A DNA stretch of 64,000 bases, from positions 5,031 to 69,030 of the forward strand of contig JAOADT010000006.1 of NCBI GenBank assembly GCA_026417175.1, in the 5' to 3' direction. This stretch comes from Deltaproteobacteria bacterium. Its GTDB lineage: Bacteria > Desulfobacterota > Syntrophorhabdia > Syntrophorhabdales > JANXAF01. This document shows, piece by piece, positions 33,062 through 39,894 of the stretch. The position numbers and the translations under genes are program-made. The notes beneath the pieces were generated by a model, which was not told the DNA's origin, did not search any database, and saw nothing but the letters and a program-made list of their open reading frames with translations. The stretch's first letter is position 1. Each line of letters begins with the position of its first letter.

Positions 33062-33280
33062 TTAGGTTTTTTTGGTCTCTTTTTCTTTTAAGCTTTCATG
33101 GAATTCAAAAAAATCCCTGTATTCTTGCATCAATATGGCTCTGTATTCTCTTCTTATGAACTCCGATTCTGGAATATAATTGCCCATCGCTTCAAGTCCA
33201 GCAATAATCTGGTCTACAGTTTCTTTTTCAGGCTTTCTACCAACAGAGTAAAGCTCAGCCATTATTTCATGCAGATTCAC
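33062..33280 (-). CDS. Hypothetical small helical protein (72 aa)
   Basis: Protein-like composition with GTG start (alternative ATG at 33262). The antisense ORF 33098..33283 looks like a shadow. Family not recognised. Confidence 0.45.
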   Translation of the reverse strand: MNLHEIMAELYSVGRKPEKETVDQIIAGLEAMGNYIPESEFIRREYRAILMQEYRDFFEFHESLKEKETKKT

Positions 33281-33289
33281 TAATGCTAC

Positions 33290-33370
33290 ATGGGTCCCAT
33301 CCGGAAACTTTATCGTCTTCCGGCTAACTGCCGGGCAGTCTGGATCAACTCATGTGACTCATCCGGATAT
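33290..33370 (-). ncRNA. Candidate structured 5' leader or small RNA (GC-rich island)
   Basis: By hand count about 52% G+C, against roughly one-third in the flanks. Perfect hairpin CCGGC-AGUUA-GCCGG (33320-33334). A 7-bp outer helix is possible between the palindromic AUCCGGAU (33361-33368) and UUCCGGAU (33299-33306). Confidence 0.3.
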
Positions 33371-33425
33371 TTTAAAAATTGACATCTTAACCCTCTATTC
33401 GGTTTTTTTAATGATTGAATACAAA

Positions 33426-33587
33426 CTATCTATCTTTCCCCACAAAATAAAACCCTTTGTTTCCCCTTTTGAGAAGAAATTTACCAAAAAATTGATCCTT
33501 TTTCAGTATTATTTCATTGTAATTCCATAAGAGGCTTAAACCAACATAATTTTGAAAGTTAGGATAGGATATAAGGGGATTTTTCAT
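33426..33587 (-). CDS. Possible 53-aa small protein translationally coupled to the LapA-like gene
   Basis: ATGA stop/start overlap with the upstream 62-aa gene. Begins MKNPLISYP. No recognisable family. The track's longer 86-aa version overlaps the LapA-like CDS. Confidence 0.25.
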   Translation of the reverse strand: MKNPLISYPNFQNYVGLSLLWNYNEIILKKDQFFGKFLLKRGNKGFYFVGKDR

Positions 33588-33772
33588 CCTTTTCTGAGGC
33601 TTCCAATTATGAATCCCAGGATAAGCCCAAATAAAAAAGCACCTAAACTTAAAAGTGCCTTTGACATTGTGATTTTCCACGGCCAAAAGACAATTTCTAC
33701 GGACTCAGTATTCTGAAATGTAAATACCAAGATTATTGAAAGAAGTATAACTAACACCGTGAGTTTAGACAT
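33584..33772 (-). CDS. LapA-like (DUF1049) small inner-membrane protein
   Basis: 62 aa with two TM helices flanking NTESVEIVFWPWK, the pattern of LapA/YciS-domain proteins. Confidence 0.55.
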   Translation of the reverse strand: MSKLTVLVILLSIILVFTFQNTESVEIVFWPWKITMSKALLSLGAFLFGLILGFIIGSLRKG

Positions 33773-34873
33773 GTTCTTTTTTCCCTTTCACCAACCCGAA
33801 TTTCACAAGGCTCTCAAAAAGACTTTTTACCATATTCGATTTAGTTTTTCTAACCCGTAGTATTCTCTTCCAGAATCCGTAAAACAAAATAGATATAAAA
33901 CTACAAACAGCGCCTGGTACCCACTATAGATTTACGATCCCGAATCCATCCCTTTTGGAATGCACTGTCTAAATTTAATTTTAATACTCCCTTTATTCAT
34001 AAGAGTAAGTCTAAGTTTACCTTATTGCAAAATTTAGAAAATCTTCTGAGCAGGTTCTAAAAGAAGTATCCTTAATTAAAAAATCCTATTCTAATACAGG
34101 AAGTCTTATATTAGGGTATCATGCCTCACTAAATGCGCTTGAGCTACATCCATTGTTCTCTATCCAAAAGATTTCTTACCACCCTTCTAGCTCTCGGAAA
34201 AGTTTTCACGTGGAAAAGAATAAAAGTATTACTTCCTGTTGTTTACTACTAACATTTAGGAAAAGCCTCATTTTTCGGCTCTGGATTTTTTAGTTTACAT
34301 GTTGCGGAGAATCCATATACCTTATTTTGGTGTCAATTCTGGATTTATATCTTCTCCTTTAGTTTAGTCAAGGTAAAAAGAGTCTTTAGCTCTCGTTTAT
34401 TTACATTTTTAGCTACCCATCTCAGATGGGCCGGAATTTATTTGAGTGGCTCTTTTATTGATTTATCTTATACTGGTAGTTTCAGAGTTTTTTTATTTTT
34501 TTTCATAAGCTTAATTTCTCTAAGGAAAAGTCGAATCACTACTTATATTTAGCTCTCATTTCTGCCATTTGGATTAGTTTTTAGGGATACAGCTTTTTTC
34601 TTCACAGGATCTTTGCTTTTTTTACTTCGTTACGGAGAACGATGGTTTTAAATTTACCAACCCATAAGAAATTCAACTCTTTTTTGTGAGTAGCATTCTC
34701 TCATTATCTTTACCTATAGGCATTTCATTCCTTTTTAAGGATTCTCTATACTTTCTTCGTTTGGCCAAATTACCATACAAGGAAGAATGTTCTTCTAATT
34801 TTTTAAGAATTTACACGCGGCGTACGTGATAAAAATCGGTTGGCTTTCCAAGCCTCCTTTTACGCCCTATTGT

Positions 34874-35824
34874 CTATAAACTTTTTTCAATAAGGTATAT
34901 AAAGAACTCAACCATTTCAGGGTCGCTAACTATTCCTTTCTCTTTAAGTAAAATCTGAATAGCCTCATGGAAACTGAGTTTTCTTCTGTAAGGTCTCTCC
35001 GATGTCAAACTATCAAATATATCAGCTATTGCAACTATTCTGGCTTCAAGAGGGATTGAGCTACCCTTGAGACCAACGGGATATCCCGAACCATCATACT
35101 TTTCGTGATGATAATTTACTATCTGAGCAACTGTCTCAGAAAGTCCTGCAAGTCTCACAACCTCTGCGCCCCATACAGGATGGTTTCTTACTATTCTCAT
35201 CTCTTCAAATGTAAGAAGGTCTCTTTTATTCAGGATATTCTCTGGAACACCGAGTTTTCCACAGTCGTGAAGCCAAGCACCATATTTTATTTCGTTTCTT
35301 ACCCCCGGATCTAGACTGAGTGCATCCGAAAGCAACAATGCGTATTCAGCGACCCTTTCGCAGTGGCCATGTGTGTAAGGATCCCTCAATTCTATTATTT
35401 GGGCAAGTTCCAGTATTTGGTCTTCCGAGGCATCCCTTAGTTTGTGTACCATCTCGTAGCGGTAAATCCCATCTAAGACCGCTGACTTCAATTCCTCTTG
35501 CTCCCAGGGTTTGACAATGAATTTATAGACCGCCCCTATATTTACCGCTTCCATCACAGAGTTTACATCCACATATCCTGTAAGCATTATACGTACAGTC
35601 TCTGGAGAAACAGATCTTGCTTTAAACAGGAGCTCGATCCCTTTCATCAACGGCATAATATTATCCACCACTATGACTGTTACATTTTTCTTCTGAAGTA
35701 TCTCTAAAGCGCAGAAGGGATCAGTGGTTGTCAGTACTTCTATTTCATCTTCTAACAACTGTTTTTTTGCGGAATTTAATACATTCTCTTCATCATCAAC
35801 AAAAAGAACTAAAGGTTTAGACAT
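34874..35824 (-). CDS. Response regulator with HD-GYP c-di-GMP phosphodiesterase domain (RpfG-like)
   Basis: 316 aa. REC (VLFVDDE...VVDNIMP), then HD-GYP (HGHCERV, LHDCGKLGVP, HHEKYDGSGYP). Confidence 0.85.
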   Translation of the reverse strand: MSKPLVLFVDDEENVLNSAKKQLLEDEIEVLTTTDPFCALEILQKKNVTVIVVDNIMPLMKGIELLFKARSVSPETVRIMLTGYVDVNSVMEAVNIGAVYKFIVKPWEQEELKSAVLDGIYRYEMVHKLRDASEDQILELAQIIELRDPYTHGHCERVAEYALLLSDALSLDPGVRNEIKYGAWLHDCGKLGVPENILNKRDLLTFEEMRIVRNHPVWGAEVVRLAGLSETVAQIVNYHHEKYDGSGYPVGLKGSSIPLEARIVAIADIFDSLTSERPYRRKLSFHEAIQILLKEKGIVSDPEMVEFFIYLIEKSL

Positions 35825-35827
35825 CCT

Positions 35828-36232
35828 CTACTCCCTTCTTATTGAGAACAGACATGAAGTATACCACTTTTTCACGTTTTTCTTTTCCTCAGTCTTACTG
35901 CTTAATTCTCCCGTTTCATGGTACGCGATGTTAAGCCCAAGATCCGTTTCTTTATGGGATTCCTCTGTGTTGAAAAAAAGCTCAGATGTGCTCTCATCAA
36001 ATTGGTAGGGTATAACCAATACGGTATCCGGTATACCCAAAAGCTTTTTTTCATCCTGCCAAGACTCAATTTGAACTACTTTTTTATATCTTGTAGATCC
36101 GCAAGCATTCATCGGGTAGCCCGCTGATATACACCCCACATGTTCCATATCCAGCTTATAAAGCCTATAATTCCGTCTTTTTTCTTTACTTGGACCTTCA
36201 ACAGTTCCCGTTACTTCCATATTTGAATGCAA
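35828..36232 (-). CDS. Hypothetical protein (134 aa), co-oriented 4 nt upstream of the HD-GYP regulator
   Basis: TTG start with no convincing RBS. Contains RRNYR but lacks a proper second PilZ motif. Coding status itself is uncertain. Confidence 0.35.
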   Translation of the reverse strand: MHSNMEVTGTVEGPSKEKRRNYRLYKLDMEHVGCISAGYPMNACGSTRYKKVVQIESWQDEKKLLGIPDTVLVIPYQFDESTSELFFNTEESHKETDLGLNIAYHETGELSSKTEEKKNVKKWYTSCLFSIRRE

Positions 36233-36240
36233 GACTTTTG

Positions 36241-36310
36241 GTTTCCAAGTTGAATCTCAGTTTAAGGTATTTAATACGGTTTCTTAGAACGTTTCCAACA
36301 ATGGTTTCCA
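36241..36310. repeat. Direct repeats GTTTCCA x3 plus GTTTCTT x1
   Basis: GTTTCCA at 36241, 36291 and 36304, and GTTTCTT at 36279. The last three are spaced 12-13 nt. The array lies 10-80 nt upstream of the 134-aa ORF start, in a candidate operator region. Confidence 0.4.
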
Positions 36311-36652
36311 CTTTTATCATCTCCTTGCGGTGAGGTCTGATTTTTTGATATATCTGGACAAACTATCGATTTTCTTTCAATTCTAGTAAATTTCTCTCTT
36401 ATCCTCTCTATCACTATAATTGTTCTTGTTACATATTCGTACACAGGCTAACGCCCCCTTAATCCCTCGACTTCAAAGCAGCAAACAGTGCTCTGAAATC
36501 GTTTAGTTTCACTAAAATTATCGGCCTGGAAGGCTTAAACTTAAGCAAACCTGACCGTTTAAACTGGGTTTTACCCCTTCTAGTAAGGCTACTTAAAGTA
36601 TTTTCAAATTTAGGCGATAAGTTTACAAGAAACAAAAAGGAGGACCAATTTT

Positions 36653-36808
36653 ATGATAGGGATCTGTGGATTAGCAATAGGTTTTTCAATTGGGGTAAAC
36701 GAAGATATCCAGTCCGCACATGACCATTCCGAACAAGATTTTATTTCAGGCATTGAGAGTGAGACCACCTATCAAGTAGAAGGATATGAGCTAGGTATCT
36801 ACCAGTAA
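36653..36808 (+). CDS. Candidate 51-aa small protein (hydrophobic N-terminus, acidic tail)
   Basis: Strong SD AAGGAGGA 9 nt upstream of the ATG. Sequence: MIGICGLAIGFSIGVNEDIQSAHDHSEQDFISGIESETTYQVEGYELGIYQ. Stop lies 2 nt from the convergent HDOD stop. Below the track's 60-aa cut-off. Confidence 0.35.
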   Translation: MIGICGLAIGFSIGVNEDIQSAHDHSEQDFISGIESETTYQVEGYELGIYQ

Positions 36809-36810
36809 AT

Positions 36811-37989
36811 CTATGTTACTTTTACGTACGATTGGACTGTAGCTTTCGCTTTTTCCATTCCTTTTAGGATTTCAGGTGTAACCAAACCTTTTAATTCTGG
36901 ATCTAAACCGTACCTTTCGTAATATTCCGGTAAGATGGCCAATATTTTTTCACTTTCTCCCTCATAGCCTAAAGCCTTACTTAATAAATCCGCAAGACAG
37001 AGTATAAAACTTTGTGTAACGTAAGGGTTCGGTATTTTTTCTGGAGGGTAAAGTGAGGGATAGTGATGGTATTCTATCCCTTTAACTATGAATTCTGGTA
37101 GCTTCCAGTGCCTTGCGATATATGATCCCACAACAGCATGGTTGACACCATATATCTTGTCTTCTTCCAAAATCGAAGAAAGACCTCTTTCCTCAAATTC
37201 ATTTTCGAGTTGTCCTTTCTCACCTATCTGTCGCTCTAAGCCCATAAAATAAAACTTACCGATGTCATGCATCAGTCCGGCTGTCGCTATATCATACTCT
37301 CTATTAGGAAAAAATCTCTTAGACAGTAATCCTGCACATGCCGAGACAACAGCTGAGTGAATCCAAGTTTTTAAATATCTTTCCGATTCAGCTTGACTTT
37401 TGTTGGCCACGGTATTTTTTAGAATATCGTGAAAAAGGATAGACCTCACATTATTGTATCCCAAAAGTGTTATAGCTCTTCCAACTGAGGTAACTTTCTC
37501 CGGGAGATGAAAATACACCGAGTTTACGGCCTGAAGGATTTTAGCAGATAGTACCGGATGAGTCATCACAAGGGAGACTATCTCCCTTAAATTTGACTCT
37601 GGATTTAAGAGAAGCCTGAGCAACCTCATGGAGTCAATGGACACTTGAGGGATATTATCTATCCTAGATTCAAGGTCCCTTCTTATCCTTTCGTCAAGAT
37701 TTTCCTTATCGCTCACATAGACCCCAGAAGGCACAGAAAAATATTTAATTCCCCTTAATATCTCTTCCACCTCAGGCAATGTACCAGTATCGATTTCTCT
37801 TTCATCTTTTTGCTTCGCCTCTTTGTGTGGCTCAGAGATCTTAAAAACTTTTATGGCCTGGGTTGCTTTCATTTTTTCTTTCTTCTCTCTCCTCCACAAA
37901 ATTAACAAAAGTATTAGCAAAAGGAAAGAGCAACCGAAAAAGAGTAAAGACGATATATCCATAGGACAAATCTCTTTTCTGTTTAGCAT
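36811..37989 (-). CDS. Membrane-anchored HDOD-domain signalling protein
   Basis: 392 aa. N-terminal TM, then HDOD pattern (VLSAKILQAVNSVYF, GRAITLLGYNNV, AGLMHDIGKFYF). The start may be the second ATG (MDISS, 37962). Confidence 0.75.
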   Translation of the reverse strand: MLNRKEICPMDISSLLFFGCSFLLLILLLILWRREKKEKMKATQAIKVFKISEPHKEAKQKDEREIDTGTLPEVEEILRGIKYFSVPSGVYVSDKENLDERIRRDLESRIDNIPQVSIDSMRLLRLLLNPESNLREIVSLVMTHPVLSAKILQAVNSVYFHLPEKVTSVGRAITLLGYNNVRSILFHDILKNTVANKSQAESERYLKTWIHSAVVSACAGLLSKRFFPNREYDIATAGLMHDIGKFYFMGLERQIGEKGQLENEFEERGLSSILEEDKIYGVNHAVVGSYIARHWKLPEFIVKGIEYHHYPSLYPPEKIPNPYVTQSFILCLADLLSKALGYEGESEKILAILPEYYERYGLDPELKGLVTPEILKGMEKAKATVQSYVKVT

Positions 37990-38343
37990 TATACCAGAAA
38001 TTTAACCAGGCTTTAAGACTGTAACATGTACGTTTCGCTTCCTTATCCTTAGGACCTACCTTTCATAACATCTTCCCGCAATGTAATTTCATCTAGTTAG
38101 TGATACATATAGAGAAGTTCTTCTTACAAACTGCTTCTTTGTTTTTTGTCAGTTCGGCCAAGTTCTAATATTATCTTCAAGGATAGCCTCTGTCTGGAAG
38201 AAGAACGTTTCTGTTTTAATACTTTTACTCGTCCTTTGATAATCCGTAATCTGGCGGATAAAGGATTTTACACACGGGACTACATGAAAAAATGCTAAAA
38301 ATAAATGTACACAAAACAAGAATTATAAGAAACCTTTTTGTTT

Positions 38344-39276
38344 TCACTTCTTTTGAAGACCCTTTAAAGCATCAACTATTTCTTTGCCACCAACGTACAT
38401 TTCTTTTTTTTCTTCTTTTAAAATCACGCAAGTAGGAGTCGAGTTTATCTTGTCTTCCCTTATGTATCTTGTGAATACCTCGAATATTGGATTTGGATTA
38501 AACTTATTAAGTTTTATTCCTTTTGATTGAAGATGAGATTCTAGTTTTTCCGGGGTGTCTAATTTACTATTGGAGGCCTCAATGAGAGCGTTCCTTACAG
38601 AAAATGCGTAGTCAAGACTTCTTTTATTAGCGTTTATGGCATAAAGAAAGTAACGCGCATAAAGTGCAGAATACTTAAAGAAAGGTGTATCTATAAATGT
38701 AAGCTGGATTGTGTTTGAAGATACAAGTTCTTTGATTATAGGTTCAACTTCAGGTTCCAGAGCCTTACAGGGGCCACAGAAGTAATCAGTGTAAAGCCTT
38801 ACAATTATTTTACCCTCGCCGAATGTGGAAATAAGCTTTTCCTGTCCTGTCTGGGCATATGAAGGAGCCGGTCCACCTTTAAAAAGAAAACCAAATACGG
38901 ATAAACCTATTACTATGAGGCAAACGATTAATTTCCATTTTTCCTTTTTGTAATGCATGAGGAATTGTAACATAAGTATACCTCCAAATATCAAGCAGTA
39001 TACACAGTACACACCATGGTAGACCTGATATCCCAAAAGGAAAATCTCAGCACCCACACCCAAGGAAAGAAAGAGAAGCACAAGATCGTCTTTTCGCATG
39101 ATTGATAAAAAACCAATGAAGATCATAAAAATAATTCCAACATACTCTAATTCCACATTTAGGAAATAACCTTTCAAGGTAGGGCATGCATATACACATC
39201 GGGTATAAAGGTATTCCACAAAGATAGAAGTGGCAGAGAGTAACGGAGTTAAAAAGCGCCTACTTTTTTTTATCAT
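38344..39276 (-). CDS. VKOR-like membrane domain fused to DsbA/thioredoxin-like domain
   Basis: 310 aa. Five predicted TM helices with a loop Cys pair (CVYAC) and an in-membrane CVYC. C-terminal thioredoxin fold with FCGPC active site. Confidence 0.6.
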   Translation of the reverse strand: MIKKSRRFLTPLLSATSIFVEYLYTRCVYACPTLKGYFLNVELEYVGIIFMIFIGFLSIMRKDDLVLLFLSLGVGAEIFLLGYQVYHGVYCVYCLIFGGILMLQFLMHYKKEKWKLIVCLIVIGLSVFGFLFKGGPAPSYAQTGQEKLISTFGEGKIIVRLYTDYFCGPCKALEPEVEPIIKELVSSNTIQLTFIDTPFFKYSALYARYFLYAINANKRSLDYAFSVRNALIEASNSKLDTPEKLESHLQSKGIKLNKFNPNPIFEVFTRYIREDKINSTPTCVILKEEKKEMYVGGKEIVDALKGLQKK

Positions 39277-39305
39277 GGTAAATGATAATGCCCCTATTAT
39301 AATTT

Positions 39306-39716
39306 CTAACCTTCCCTTTTACAAGAAAACCTTTTTTTCAAAACAAAATACACAAAAAAATTGAGTCCAATTATAAAAAAAGTTGCAAATAGAATTAATG
39401 ATCTAGGAACCTCTATATAGATGAGCCTTTCTATGTAATGTGGGATGAATGAACCTACATACGCTTCCTGAGGACTATGCTTTTCTCTCAAAAAGACTTC
39501 TAAATAAGTGAGAGGACAATGAAAATCAAAAGTCTGGATAAAAAACGCAAAACAAAGACCAAAAATGTGGATCATTTTAATTTTTTTTGATCTCAAACCT
39601 AAAAAAACGCCAAATATAAGAAAAATAATCCAGACAAAATGTACAAAAACGGCCAGGTCAGCAAGGAATTTGTACATCATTAAATTATTACATTGTTTAA
39701 AATTATGATACGACAT
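39306..39716 (-). CDS. DUF2784-like membrane protein
   Basis: 136 aa. HFVWIIFLIFG...CPLTYLE...FIPHYIERL pattern recalled for DUF2784. 29 nt upstream of the VKOR-DsbA gene on the same strand. Confidence 0.6.
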   Translation of the reverse strand: MSYHNFKQCNNLMMYKFLADLAVFVHFVWIIFLIFGVFLGLRSKKIKMIHIFGLCFAFFIQTFDFHCPLTYLEVFLREKHSPQEAYVGSFIPHYIERLIYIEVPRSLILFATFFIIGLNFFVYFVLKKRFSCKREG

Positions 39717-39751
39717 ACTACAAATGAGTACAAGGGGTATCTTTCTATATA

Positions 39752-39779
39752 TTGACTCAGATTCAGAAAGTGGTAAAAT
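39752..39779 (+). promoter_or_regulatory. Sigma70-like promoter for the histidine-kinase operon
   Basis: TTGACT (39752-39757), 16-nt spacer, TAAAAT (39774-39779). About 115 nt upstream of the ATG at 39895. Confidence 0.45.
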
Positions 39780-39894
39780 TGAACAGGGGGGCGAGAAGGA
39801 TCAGAGTTTTTACCCCTGGTTTTTTACCCAAACTAAGACCCGTAGGACCATCCGTGGGTGAAACTTCGATTTTTTCTTTTGGAGTCTCACAGAA

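Noticed and set aside
33290-33370. Possible SRP (4.5S) RNA or guanidine-III (ykkC-III) riboswitch, suggested by the CCGGAUGAG / CCGGAAGACG strings.
   Set aside because: The element has no GNRA-capped helix 8 with the AGCA/GGAA symmetric-loop motifs of SRP RNA. The resemblance to the guanidine-III consensus is only a few scattered nucleotides. The downstream gene is not a guanidine transporter or carboxylase. It is kept only as an unclassified structured element.
34188-34557. Repeated TAGCTCTC 8-mer (three copies) as a possible degenerate CRISPR or tandem-repeat array.
   Set aside because: The copies are only 8 nt long, irregularly spaced (about 199 and 163 nt), and have no conserved flanking repeat body and no cas genes. 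Borderline chance expectation in AT-rich DNA. Mentioned only as part of the ORF-free gap finding.
35828-36232. PilZ-domain c-di-GMP receptor assignment for the 134-aa ORF, based on an RRNYR motif next to an HD-GYP gene.
   Set aside because: The second PilZ motif (D/N)xSxxG is not present at the right spacing: CISAGY lies only 11 residues downstream and is imperfect. The ORF also lacks a clear RBS. It is left as hypothetical.
36427-36652. Possible c-di-GMP riboswitch (GEMM-I/II) in the long leader upstream of the 51-codon ORF, given the c-di-GMP gene context.
   Set aside because: I could not find the conserved GEMM features (tetraloop/receptor pair, GGGACGCAAAGCC-like core). Only trivial strings such as CACAGG and GCAAAC match.
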